DNA of 64,000 nucleotides, from NCBI GenBank assembly GCA_963796275.1, contig CAWCKY010000007.1, positions 768,001 to 832,000 of the forward strand, given 5' to 3'. A model generated the notes under the pieces. It ran no database searches and was not told where the DNA came from. It worked only from the letters and a program-made list of their open reading frames with translations. Shown one piece after another: positions 42,444 to 52,459 of the stretch. Origin of the DNA: an uncultured Acidobacteriota bacterium. Lineage in GTDB: Bacteria; Acidobacteriota; Blastocatellia; RBC074. Each line of letters begins with the position of its first letter. The stretch's first letter is position 1. The translations under genes and the position numbers were made by a program.

Positions 42444-43676
42444 ATGCCGAAAAGAGTCCTCATGCTTTGTTACTTCTATCCGCCGGTTGACGCCATCGGC
42501 GCGCTCCGCAGCGTGGCGTTCTCCTCGAATTTGAGGGAATTCGGCTGGGAGCCAGTCGTCATCTCAGTAGCTAGGTGTAAAGACCGATGCGTGACGATCG
42601 GAAATTCACAGCCGCCGGAGGGAGTAGCTGTCTTTCGCGTCCCCGAACTGGGGCTTGGTCTTTATTGTGATTACCTTCAGGGGGCGCTCTGTCGCGTCTC
42701 CCGCATATTTGGGCACGAGCCAAGTCGCAACTGGATACGCGATATCTTCTGCTTCCCCGATTCTCAGGTAACCTGGTTGCCGGCGCTCAAAGGGATCTCG
42801 CTGGCGCGGGGCATCGATGTTGTCTATGTGAGCTGTCCCCCTTATAGCGCCGCGCTCAACGGCGTTCTCATCAAAGCGGTCACGGGGAGACCGCTGATCC
42901 TCGATTTTCGTGATTCGTGGAACGTCGGACCTGCTGATCCCGGTGCGAGACATCGTCGTGCGATGCTCAATCTGGTGGAACGCTTCACGCTCCGATGGGC
43001 TGACCTGATTATTCTCAATACTCCGGGCACCGAACGGATATATCGAAGCGCCTATCCCGATCTCGCGCAAAAGTTTCTCAGTATTCCGAACGGCTATGAC
43101 TCCATCAATGAATCTCCATCCCCACCGCCTGAAAGTCCCTTCCGGATCGTCCATACGGGAAACTTCTATCTCGAACGTACCCCCGATCTGCTTCTTAGAG
43201 CGCTTCAGGATCTGGGGAGAGATGACATCGAATTCATTCAGGTGGGGAATATGCATAATGGGATCACGCGCTATAAAGATCGCCTGAAAATCAGGTGCAC
43301 TGGATATCTTCCTCGGGAAGAAGCGCTCAGATGGATGCAGGACGCCTCGCTCCTCTACCTGAAGCAGTCTCCGGAAACGCCTCATGCCATCGCTGCCAAG
43401 ACCTACGAGTATCTCTCTGCCGGGCGCCCCATCCTCGTCGATGCTCCCCCAGGAGATAACGCCGAAATGATCGCTCGCTATGCCACCCGGTCTTATGTAG
43501 TTACTTCGGGTTCACCCGATGACCTGCGACAAGCCGTCCTGAAAGCTTATGAAGAACGGTCGTTACCCTGTGGCGTCAACGAAGAGTTCATCCGCAGATT
43601 CCGGAGGAGGGAACTCACGAGGATTCTCGCAGCGAAGATGGCGGAACTCGCGGGCGGAAGCGAGACGAAGCGATGA
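42444..43676 (+). CDS. Glycosyltransferase, GT-B fold (family 4-like)
   Basis: YFYPP...GALR, DFRDSW, IPNGYD, HTGNFY..R, KTYEYL.AGRPIL. Confidence 0.9.
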   Translation: MPKRVLMLCYFYPPVDAIGALRSVAFSSNLREFGWEPVVISVARCKDRCVTIGNSQPPEGVAVFRVPELGLGLYCDYLQGALCRVSRIFGHEPSRNWIRDIFCFPDSQVTWLPALKGISLARGIDVVYVSCPPYSAALNGVLIKAVTGRPLILDFRDSWNVGPADPGARHRRAMLNLVERFTLRWADLIILNTPGTERIYRSAYPDLAQKFLSIPNGYDSINESPSPPPESPFRIVHTGNFYLERTPDLLLRALQDLGRDDIEFIQVGNMHNGITRYKDRLKIRCTGYLPREEALRWMQDASLLYLKQSPETPHAIAAKTYEYLSAGRPILVDAPPGDNAEMIARYATRSYVVTSGSPDDLRQAVLKAYEERSLPCGVNEEFIRRFRRRELTRILAAKMAELAGGSETKR

Positions 43677-43948
43677 CCGGGACTTAGAGTTTTACTTTAA
43701 ATCTGAAACATGCAGTTCAGGTAATTTCTCAGCGAAGAGTCGTGACATTGCTCTGTAAAAAATTATCAGCCATTTATTTTCACCCAGGTCGTTCAGTATC
43801 CGCAGAAGGGGATTTTTTAAGGTGATTATTTAAGTGAGCTCGATAGTCCGTTGCGTACAAATAAAGAATGTCCATTCGATGTCTGCGTGCCGACATTCGA
43901 GGTTCGCAGTTTGCCGCTCCTGGCACTCTGTAGTCAAAAAAAAGCCTC

Positions 43949-45109
43949 CTATGTCCTGAGCAGGATGCGTTCGTTCTTGAATACCCGGACGGCAATCCAA
44001 AAGGCCAGGCCAGCATAAACGAGCGTTGAGAGTAGCGTCAGAGTGAAGCCGATCCACGACCAGTCGCCGAGTACCAATTCTTTGATCAATTGGCTGAAAT
44101 TGACGATAGGAAGGAGAGCCATGCCGGCGCTCAGCTTGATGCCTGGAAGGAAGCTCACCATGGCGGGGAACAGCGCGATGAGGATGAGCGGCATGAGATA
44201 ACTCTGCGCCTCTTTATAACTCTTGGCCAGCGTTGCGATGGCGATGATGAGCGATGAGATCATGATCGCCATCGGGATGGTGACTATTCCAATGAGAAGA
44301 AGAGTGGTCCTATCGATCAGGATCGCGCTCAATATATCGGGCGCACCGGCTCTTTTGACGAGAGCGAACGATAGGCCCAAACTTATGAAGGCCAGCGCGG
44401 ATGAGAGTATAGTTGAAGTGATGACTGCCAGAATTTTTCCCAGGACGATCTCCTCCCTGGTGGCGGGAGATGACAATAACATCTCCATCGTCCGCCGCTC
44501 CTTCTCGCCGGCTGTCAGGTCCGTCCCGGGATATATCCCGCCCATGATCATCGAGATTACGATCATATAGCCGAGAATGGCTCCGATGATAGAACCGGAC
44601 ATCCGCTGGGGCGGAGCGGTATTGACTTTCTCGACGCTGAACGGAGTGAGGATGCGTTCGGCTATACCGGCACGCTGGAGCTCGGTTTTTATCTGTTGAC
44701 TTTTCAATTGATCCAGGGCGCGCTCTATCCGTCCACTCGCAATCTGCATCTCGAGTTGAGAGAGATCTGCGTATATATTAATTGATATGCTTTGGGCCGG
44801 GCCCAGGACTTCCACACCCATATCAGCCAGTTTGTTTGCGACCGCGTTGCGCGCATCATCAGATGTCTGTATTTGAAATCCCGACTGTTCCAGCGAACCG
44901 GCTATTCCCGCGAGATCGACGTCTTGCTTAAGAGCGAGTCGGAACTGTTGCTCCTGCGCGCGTTTTGCGGATCGGGTGAAGAAGAAGCTCACCCCGGAGG
45001 ATATCAGTGGCCAAACCACCAGAGGGACGATGATCATGCTCATCAGAGCCCGCCGGTCTCGCAGTAGATCGAGGATTTCTTTGTGATAGATGATCTTGAG
45101 ATATCTCAT
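43949..45109 (-). CDS. natB: ABC transporter permease, NatB-like (Na+ efflux)
   Basis: KEILDLLRDRR, AGEKERRTMEMLLSSP..R.EIVLGK, AKSYKEAQSY. Confidence 0.85.
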   Translation of the reverse strand: MRYLKIIYHKEILDLLRDRRALMSMIIVPLVVWPLISSGVSFFFTRSAKRAQEQQFRLALKQDVDLAGIAGSLEQSGFQIQTSDDARNAVANKLADMGVEVLGPAQSISINIYADLSQLEMQIASGRIERALDQLKSQQIKTELQRAGIAERILTPFSVEKVNTAPPQRMSGSIIGAILGYMIVISMIMGGIYPGTDLTAGEKERRTMEMLLSSPATREEIVLGKILAVITSTILSSALAFISLGLSFALVKRAGAPDILSAILIDRTTLLLIGIVTIPMAIMISSLIIAIATLAKSYKEAQSYLMPLILIALFPAMVSFLPGIKLSAGMALLPIVNFSQLIKELVLGDWSWIGFTLTLLSTLVYAGLAFWIAVRVFKNERILLRT

Positions 45110-45231
45110 TGGCTCCTCTACCGATAAAAATTCATGAAATGAAGCAGATTACTGTTTCTCCTGAGTTTTTCTTGGCATCGTTGAACCTGCCGTCCACCAG
45201 CACGAACAACGTTATCTATAAATAGAAATAT

Positions 45232-45963
45232 TTATATCCCCAGAAGCTCGATGAAAATCTCACGGAGTCGCTGTTTGCCCGTGATAGTCCGTAGTTGTTC
45301 CATCGTCCCGAGCGCTCGGATCTTTCCATGATTGATGACCGCGATACGGTCGCAGAGGTGCTCCGCCTCTTCCATTATATGGGTGGAGAGCACTATGCAC
45401 TTGCCTGAATCTCTTGCTTCGCGAATGAACCTTTCGACTACCTGTGAGGTCGGAACATCCAACCCTGAGGTCGGTTCATCGAGTATGAAGATGGGCGGAT
45501 CATGGACGAGAGTACGGGTGATGGCAGTCTTCTGTCGCATGCCGGTCGATAGCGTATCGATCTTGGTATTGGCGAATTCGTGCATATCGAAAATGGTGAA
45601 CAAATGATCGATACGTTGTTTTAATAAGCTTCCATTCAATCCGTTCAAGCGCCCGAAGAAACTGAGTACCTCTCGCGGCGTCAAGCGATGGTAAAGGCCC
45701 ATGTCTCCGGAGAGGAACCCCATCTTATTCCGAACCTTGGCGGCCTCTTTGATTATATCGTGTCCCCCGATGTGCGCTGTCCCGTCGCTCGGCCGCAGAA
45801 TAGTCGCGAGCATGCGCAGGGCCGTCGTCTTCCCCGCACCATTTGGGCCCAGCAGCCCAAAAATCTCACCCCCGTGTGCATCAAAAGAAATATGATCGAC
45901 CGCAACGATCTCTCCTCTTTTTTTATCTGGATAAACTTTAGTCAGATTGTTAACTGTAATCAT
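45232..45963 (-). CDS. natA: ABC transporter ATP-binding protein, NatA-like
   Basis: GPNGAGKT, LSTGMRQK signature, ILDEPT, STH. Confidence 0.88.
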   Translation of the reverse strand: MITVNNLTKVYPDKKRGEIVAVDHISFDAHGGEIFGLLGPNGAGKTTALRMLATILRPSDGTAHIGGHDIIKEAAKVRNKMGFLSGDMGLYHRLTPREVLSFFGRLNGLNGSLLKQRIDHLFTIFDMHEFANTKIDTLSTGMRQKTAITRTLVHDPPIFILDEPTSGLDVPTSQVVERFIREARDSGKCIVLSTHIMEEAEHLCDRIAVINHGKIRALGTMEQLRTITGKQRLREIFIELLGI

Positions 45964-45997
45964 ATTTGTTTTTTTGTTGATCTCTTAGTCATTTTTC

Positions 45998-48793
45998 TCA
46001 GACATCTTCTGATAAAGTATCAAGCAGCGACATCTGGTCGACATGCCTGCTCGGCTTCTTGAGATGGCGGGCGAACTTCGGTTTACCTGTTACATCGAGC
46101 TCATTCTGTTCGAGGTTGCCCAATATTTCGCGCGCTCGTTCGATGACCGAGATAGGCAGACCCGCCAGCCTCGCGACCTCGATCCCATAACTCTTGCTCG
46201 CGCTTCCCGCCATAACCTTGCGTAGGAAGACGATCTCACCCTGCGCCTCCGATACCGCAACCTGATAATTACCGACTCCCGGCCTCATCTTCGCCAGCTC
46301 GGTCATCTCGTGATAATGGGTAGCGAAGAGAGTCTTCGCGCTGTGTTTCGGGTTGTCGTGCAGGTATTCGGCGATCGCCCATGCGAGCGAGAGTCCGTCA
46401 AATGTAGCGGTTCCGCGACCGACCTCATCGAGCAGGACCAGGCTGCGCGGTGTCGCAGTGTTGAGGATGTTCGATGTCTCGGTCATCTCGACCATAAAAG
46501 TCGAGCGGCCGCGCGCCAGATTATCGGACGCACCGACTCGCGTGAAGATGCGATCGACGAGCGCCACCCGCGCCGACGCGGCCGGCACGAAACTTCCCAT
46601 CTGAGCGAGGATCACGATCAATGCCGTCTGTTTAAGATAGACCGATTTGCCGCCCATATTCGGCCCGGTGATGATCAGCAGCCGGTCGGTCGTATTGTTG
46701 ATGGCTATATCGTTGGGTACGAATCGTTCACCGATGGTCTCGATCACAGGGTGACGCCCTGCGCGAATCTCTATCTCGTCGCCCTCGTGTAACTGCGGCC
46801 GGACATAGTTGCGGCGATTCGCAACCTCGGCGAGCGATGAGATCGCATCAAGAATCGCGACCGCTCGCGCAACCCCTTGTATTCTGCGCACCTCCTGGGC
46901 TATGCGTTTGCGCACCTGGGTGAACAGCTCGATCTCGAGCTCGACGATTCGTTCTTCCGCACCCAGCACCTTTGCTTCGTACTCCTTCAATTCGGGAGTG
47001 GTATATCGTTCGGAGTTGACGAGCGTTTGTTTGCGCTCGTAATCGTCAGGCACCCGATCCTTGTTGGCGTTGCTGATCTCGATGAAGTATCCGAAGACAT
47101 TATTGAATTTGACCTTGAGGGACGAAATTCGGGTTCGCCCTCGTTCGCGCGCTTCGATCGCCGCAATGTAACTCTTGCCGCTGCGCGCGAGATTGCGCAA
47201 CTCATCCAGTTCGGCGTTATACCCGTCACGGATCATTCCGGGTTCGCTAGTGAGCGCCGGCGGATCGTCGGCTATGGCTTCAGCTACCAGCGATCGCACG
47301 TCATCCAGCTCGTCCAGGTTTTCCGTGATCACCTGGAGAAGGGAAGCGCGCGAATCGGCGAGCGCGCGGCGAAGGTCAGGTATGGCTTCAATCGATAGGC
47401 GAAGCGCGATCAGATCGCGGGCGGTCGCCCTTCCCAGAGTTACCTTACCGGCCAGCCTCTCGAGGTCGGCCATGAGGTCGAGCCTCTTCCGCAGCTGATC
47501 GCGCTTTATCGTTGAAGTCTTGAGCTCTTCAACCGAATCAAGGCGCGTCGCGATCTCCCCCGGTCTGACCGAAGGTCTGAGCAACCATTGCCTCAAGAGC
47601 CTGGCCCCCATTCCAGTCATCGTCTCATCCAGTATCCCAATCAAGCTGTGAGAGAGAACACCGTCGTTGGAGCTGACCAGCTCGAGGTTGCTCACCGTCG
47701 TTGCATCCAGGACCAGATATTCGCTCGGCTCAAAAAAAGTTATCTCGCTGATGTGCAGAGCCTGAGACTTCTGCGTCTCCAGAATATAATGTAACGCGGC
47801 GCCAGCCGCACATACGGCATATACCTTGTCGCCCAACCCAAACCCATCCAGCGAAGCGACCCCAAGCTGCGCCCGCAGTAACGGCTCCGCATGCTCGTAT
47901 CCAAACAACCAGTCATCAAGCGCGACTTGCGCCACTCCCGTAACAGAGAGAATACCAGCGTCCGATAACGAGAATGGCAATTGCGACGACGGAGAGGATG
48001 GGGAAGCTTGAGAAGATGATGAAGATGACGAGAGTTGTTCTATGGATGAGTCCGATAAACGCAGTGAAGCGGGGTCGGGGGTTCCGGGCTCAGGAGTATG
48101 AATCTCCGCCCCTCTCACTGATCCTGATTCTGCCCCCGACTTTGCGTGAAGCCGGTCTTCTTTTTCAGACCAGCGACTCTCAAGTCCGGATTTGATCGAT
48201 TTAAATAATGGCGACAGAGAATTGGGGAAAATGATCTCTTTCGGGGCGAATATCTCCAACTGTTCCTGTATGCGTTGCCATGCTTGATCGCCCAGGAATT
48301 GAGAGGTGATGAATTCGCCGGTGGAGAGATCGAGAAGAGCGATGCCCATCCCTTCGCCAGAGCCACAGATCGAAGCCAGATAGCAGTTTTGTTTCGATTC
48401 GAGGAGTTGGCTCTCAAGCGCGGTGCCAGGGGTTATCACCCTCACCACCTCGCGGCGTACGAGCTTCGTCGTTGAATTAGGGGTTTCGGTCTGTTCGCAT
48501 ATGGCCACGCGATAACCCTTTTTTACGAGCTTGGCGATATAGCTCGCGGCGGCATGATAGGGCACCCCGCACATCGGAACGGGATCTCCGCGCTCCTTGT
48601 GGCGTGCAGTCAGCGTGATCTCCAACTCGCGGGCGCCGAGCAGCGCGTCGTCAAAAAAGAGCTCGTAGAAATCACCGAGCCGGAAAAACAGCATTGTTCC
48701 GGGGTATTGTTTTTTGATCTCAAGATACTGCCTCAGCATGGGGGTGAGCTGAGAGGGCCTGTCATTCGATGACATAGTTTGGCTACCTTTCAT
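45998..48793 (-). CDS. mutS: DNA mismatch repair protein MutS (with low-complexity insertion)
   Basis: TPMLRQY, GDFYELF, TGPNMGGKS, STFMVEM, DEVGRGT, FATHY, SYGIEVA. The start may be ATG 48775. Confidence 0.98.
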   Translation of the reverse strand: MKGSQTMSSNDRPSQLTPMLRQYLEIKKQYPGTMLFFRLGDFYELFFDDALLGARELEITLTARHKERGDPVPMCGVPYHAAASYIAKLVKKGYRVAICEQTETPNSTTKLVRREVVRVITPGTALESQLLESKQNCYLASICGSGEGMGIALLDLSTGEFITSQFLGDQAWQRIQEQLEIFAPKEIIFPNSLSPLFKSIKSGLESRWSEKEDRLHAKSGAESGSVRGAEIHTPEPGTPDPASLRLSDSSIEQLSSSSSSSQASPSSPSSQLPFSLSDAGILSVTGVAQVALDDWLFGYEHAEPLLRAQLGVASLDGFGLGDKVYAVCAAGAALHYILETQKSQALHISEITFFEPSEYLVLDATTVSNLELVSSNDGVLSHSLIGILDETMTGMGARLLRQWLLRPSVRPGEIATRLDSVEELKTSTIKRDQLRKRLDLMADLERLAGKVTLGRATARDLIALRLSIEAIPDLRRALADSRASLLQVITENLDELDDVRSLVAEAIADDPPALTSEPGMIRDGYNAELDELRNLARSGKSYIAAIEARERGRTRISSLKVKFNNVFGYFIEISNANKDRVPDDYERKQTLVNSERYTTPELKEYEAKVLGAEERIVELEIELFTQVRKRIAQEVRRIQGVARAVAILDAISSLAEVANRRNYVRPQLHEGDEIEIRAGRHPVIETIGERFVPNDIAINNTTDRLLIITGPNMGGKSVYLKQTALIVILAQMGSFVPAASARVALVDRIFTRVGASDNLARGRSTFMVEMTETSNILNTATPRSLVLLDEVGRGTATFDGLSLAWAIAEYLHDNPKHSAKTLFATHYHEMTELAKMRPGVGNYQVAVSEAQGEIVFLRKVMAGSASKSYGIEVARLAGLPISVIERAREILGNLEQNELDVTGKPKFARHLKKPSRHVDQMSLLDTLSEDV

Positions 48794-48902
48794 AATCTAT
48801 AAAAACTGCATAAGGGAAACAATTGCATCGGATGAAGCGCAATGTTGGGTGGCCGCAGATTTGTTCACCAAGGTCAGTCAATATATAATCCGTTGGCCTA
48901 CA

Positions 48903-49646
48903 ATGTCAAAAGAGTCAACAGGTTATTTAATTCTAGCCGCCGATACTTCTTCATCGCTCGCAAATTTTGCGATAGTCAGAGGTGAAAAACTTCTGTCTTC
49001 GCTCTCAGGCGGGGCTCATCTGCCGCATTCACAGACATTTTTTTCAAACCTCTCGATTCTACTTCAAATGGCACAAGTTGAGATAAAGGAAATCGATGCT
49101 TTTGCCGCTGTCACCGGTCCCGGAAGCTTCACCGGTCTGCGAGTCGGGTTGGCGGCGGTCAAGGGGATCGCGCACACCTTATCCCGACCCTCTGTGGGTA
49201 TCAGTTCGTTCGATGCCGTGGCGCTGGGGACAGGTGTAACCGGCAAGGTTCTGGTGATGATCGAGGCAGGCAGGGAAGAGGTCTATTGCGGACTCCGTGA
49301 GGTTCACATCGATGGGGAGATTGATGTGCTGGGTGCGGATGTGGTGGGGCGACCGGAGCTCGTGATTACAAGCGCGCTCGCCGGCATCGAAACGGATCAT
49401 CTGGTGGTTGCCGGGAATGGCTCTGCCAAATTCAAAAACGCGATCGAGATCGACTTTCAACGCGTCGATCTGGATTCGCACCGTCAATTTTCAAGCGCAC
49501 CACAATACTGGCAGTCGCAATCCGGCCATAGCGATACTGCGGTTGCGATCGCAAAATCTGCCGCCAGGATGTTGAAGGCCGGTACTATCTCGGAGATTCA
49601 GCCCCATTACGTCCGGCCGTCGGATGCTGAGCTAAAATCAGTATGA
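48903..49646 (+). CDS. tsaB: tRNA threonylcarbamoyladenosine biosynthesis protein TsaB
   Basis: ILAADTS, HS, GPGSFTGLRVG, P.YVRPSDAE. Confidence 0.93.
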   Translation: MSKESTGYLILAADTSSSLANFAIVRGEKLLSSLSGGAHLPHSQTFFSNLSILLQMAQVEIKEIDAFAAVTGPGSFTGLRVGLAAVKGIAHTLSRPSVGISSFDAVALGTGVTGKVLVMIEAGREEVYCGLREVHIDGEIDVLGADVVGRPELVITSALAGIETDHLVVAGNGSAKFKNAIEIDFQRVDLDSHRQFSSAPQYWQSQSGHSDTAVAIAKSAARMLKAGTISEIQPHYVRPSDAELKSV

Positions 49647-50119
49647 AAGACCGGATCGCTTCTTATATAAAAATCGAGCCAATGTCATCGGGTGATCTGA
49701 ACCGCATCGTCGAGATCGAGAAGGGGTGCGGTCTAAGTACTTCCGGTGTCGAGAGATATCTGAAATTGTTGGCAGACAAGGCGGCTCTGTTGCTGGTAGC
49801 CATCGAGTTCGATCTTGAATACGAGGGAAGGGAAATCGCCGGCCTCTTCTCCGCTTATGTGGTGATCGATGAGCTGCAGATCGATAATCTGGCAGTCGTG
49901 GAAAACTTTAGAAGAAGGGGTATCGCTTCAAATTTATTATCCGAGGGACTGGTTATCGCAAATCAGAAAGGAGCGAGAAGCGCGGTCCTCGAGGTCCGCT
50001 CTGCCAATCAGGTCGCACGCACATTCTATGAACGACACGGGTTCCTAACCTCCGGTTTCCGCAGCAACTACTATCACAATCCCTCAGATGATGCTTTAAT
50101 CATGATTCGTGAGCTCTAA
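49643..50119 (+). CDS. rimI: Ribosomal protein S18 alanine acetyltransferase
   Basis: NLAV...RRRGIA, LEVRSAN, FY...GF...R.NYY...DDALIM; coupled to tsaB. Confidence 0.88.
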   Translation: MKDRIASYIKIEPMSSGDLNRIVEIEKGCGLSTSGVERYLKLLADKAALLLVAIEFDLEYEGREIAGLFSAYVVIDELQIDNLAVVENFRRRGIASNLLSEGLVIANQKGARSAVLEVRSANQVARTFYERHGFLTSGFRSNYYHNPSDDALIMIREL

Positions 50120-50346
50120 GAGGGCGAAAAGACGGAAGAGCAGAGGCGCGCTCTCCCCAGAAATATTTTTTCTATTTTCTCTGATTTCCGACTCTTGATT
50201 TCTTTCCCAGGCTCCCTCACTACCCGAAAATGTATCTTGAAAGCGCACAGCATTCGTATTACTATGCTGTTAAGTTTGATGCCAATTCGGAGAACTTAAA
50301 TTTAACAACGGCAAGTTAAAATAGCTAAGCTAAGGAGGATAAGCCA

Positions 50347-50589
50347 ATGAGCATATCGGTCAGCGATGCCGCTTTGAGGGACTACCTTATCGCCCACGAT
50401 GAACAATATCGTGAATTGATTAACGAACACCGCAAGTACGAAGCTCGTTTGAGCGAGCTCGCATCGCTTCATTATCCGAATGATGATGAACAACTTGAAG
50501 AGACAATCTTAAAAAAGAAGAAGTTGCTCCTTAAAGATCAGATGGAGGCAATTGCCAGAAAGTTCAAACCGAGCTATTTGTCTCACTAG
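50347..50589 (+). CDS. DUF465/YdcH-like small coiled-coil protein
   Basis: EH..YE..L...LKKKKLLLKDQM pattern; RBS AAGGAGG. Confidence 0.8.
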   Translation: MSISVSDAALRDYLIAHDEQYRELINEHRKYEARLSELASLHYPNDDEQLEETILKKKKLLLKDQMEAIARKFKPSYLSH

Positions 50590-50625
50590 AATATAGTTGG
50601 CTTCCAAACACTTGAATAAAAACTG

Positions 50626-50662
50626 GAACGGGGACACCTTAAGTGTTCCCGTTCTCTTTTTT
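50626..50662 (+). terminator. Intrinsic terminator
   Basis: Stem gaacggggacac/gtgttcccgttc followed by tctttttt. Confidence 0.75.
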
Positions 50663-50742
50663 GGGGGTTTAGTTAAAGGAAATTCTCGGATAATATCCTT
50701 GAAGATTTTGATGATCTTGAGTCCGATAACGAGGAGAATGAA

Positions 50743-51378
50743 TTGATACGTGATGCATATGCCTTCATCGTTCCCATGGTTTTGCTGGGCGGGTTATGTC
50801 TGCTGCTCGGTTGGTTGATCGGGGACTTTTTTTTCATCGGCGCAGCGCTCTTCCTTCTTTTGTCCCTATTTGTCGCCTTTTTCTTTCGCGATCCCGAACG
50901 TGAAGTTCCCCAAGATGAGAGACTCGTGGTCTCGCCGGCGGATGGTCTCGTAGTCGTAGTCAAACCAGTCGAACTCGCCGAAGGAAAGACGGGGACTCTC
51001 GTCAGCATCTTCCTGTCCATTTTCGATGTTCACGTAAATCGTTCGCCGCTCGCAGGAAGGATCATCGAAACCGATTACCGTCCCGGCAGATTTTTGGTCG
51101 CCACGAAACAGAAGGCATCGGTGGAAAATGAGCAGAATGTCATAACCGTAGAAAACAAATATGCGACCGTCGTGTTTAAGCAGATCGCCGGTCTGATTGC
51201 ACGGCGTATAGTATTCTGGAAGCGGAAGGGGGACCAGGTTCTGCTGGGGGAGCGAGTGGGACTCATCAAATTCGGGTCGCGTGTCGACATCATATTGCCT
51301 CCAGAGGTCAACGTCGTCGCCAGAAAAGGCGAGCGCGTCAAAGGCGGAATTTCGATCATTGGAAAGGTGGATCAATGA
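50743..51378 (+). CDS. psd: Phosphatidylserine decarboxylase (short type)
   Basis: FFRDPER, SPADG, DVHVNRSP, ENE, KFGSRVD self-cleavage site. Confidence 0.95.
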   Translation: MIRDAYAFIVPMVLLGGLCLLLGWLIGDFFFIGAALFLLLSLFVAFFFRDPEREVPQDERLVVSPADGLVVVVKPVELAEGKTGTLVSIFLSIFDVHVNRSPLAGRIIETDYRPGRFLVATKQKASVENEQNVITVENKYATVVFKQIAGLIARRIVFWKRKGDQVLLGERVGLIKFGSRVDIILPPEVNVVARKGERVKGGISIIGKVDQ

Positions 51379-52262
51379 AAGATGAGATGGAAGAATCCAA
51401 TCCGCAGAGGCGCGGTTTTCGGCGCGGCATTTACATCATCCCGAGCGCATTTACGATCGGCAATATCTTATGCGGCTTTTATGCAATCATAAATTCCATC
51501 AAAGGATACCAGGCGCTCTTCAACGGCGAATATGCCGCGCACCTTTTCGACAACGCCGCATGTGCAATCGGATTTGCTGTTCTTCTCGATAGTCTGGATG
51601 GAAGAATCGCGCGTATGACCAAATCGACGAGCGAATTCGGAGTCGAACTAGACAGCATAGCAGACGTCCTATCGTTCGGCGTTGCGCCCGCCGTGCTCGC
51701 CTACTCCTGGGGATATGGGTCGATCCATGGATTCGAGCGTCTGGGATGGGGAGTCTCGTTCTTTTTCCTCATATGTGGGGCTCTTCGCCTGGCGAGGTTC
51801 AACGTCATGGCGCGAGCACCGCGATTCGCAGTCGACGGAAACTCGCCAAAATTGGATAAGAGATACTTCGTCGGGCTTCCCATCCCGGCAGCCGCCGGCA
51901 TGCTCGCCGCTATCATACATTTCGTTCCACAACCGCTCCCGACCTATGAGTTCAGCCAGGCTCAGTCATTCAGTTGGGCGGTGATGTTAGGGATGGCGAC
52001 CCTGGCTGTTTTAATGGTTAGTACGATCAGATATGCAAGCTTTAAGAATATCGGTCGCAGTAATAAGCCTTTTATTACGCTGCCATTATTATCGCTTATG
52101 GTTGCCGGCATCTGGTTTTACTCACAATGGGTGCTTCTGTTTATCTCCGCAATATATGTTTCACACGGCCCGCTTATGAAATTATGGGGCCTCGTCAACC
52201 GCCTGCGACGACCCTTGCCTAAGGTCGAAGATGCAACGCCCACTTCATCAATCGAAAACTGA
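51375..52262 (+). CDS. pssA: CDP-diacylglycerol--serine O-phosphatidyltransferase
   Basis: D.LDGRIAR...S.FG.ELDS.AD..SFGVAP, ALRLARFN, FVGLPIP; coupled to psd. Confidence 0.95.
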   Translation: MKDEMEESNPQRRGFRRGIYIIPSAFTIGNILCGFYAIINSIKGYQALFNGEYAAHLFDNAACAIGFAVLLDSLDGRIARMTKSTSEFGVELDSIADVLSFGVAPAVLAYSWGYGSIHGFERLGWGVSFFFLICGALRLARFNVMARAPRFAVDGNSPKLDKRYFVGLPIPAAAGMLAAIIHFVPQPLPTYEFSQAQSFSWAVMLGMATLAVLMVSTIRYASFKNIGRSNKPFITLPLLSLMVAGIWFYSQWVLLFISAIYVSHGPLMKLWGLVNRLRRPLPKVEDATPTSSIEN

Positions 52263-52459
52263 CGAAATCAGACCCCACGAGGTTGCGAATTACCTCGATT
52301 GGAACGAGTAATACCGCTGTCTCGGCACTCTGTTTTTCGTCCATTTTGAATTTTTGCGATTTTTTGTGGTAATAACCGTTTTTGGAATCGATGCGCTCCT
52401 CTTTTACTCTTTGCGCCTTCGCGTATTTGCGTCAAAATAGTTATGAGAGGAGTAATCTC

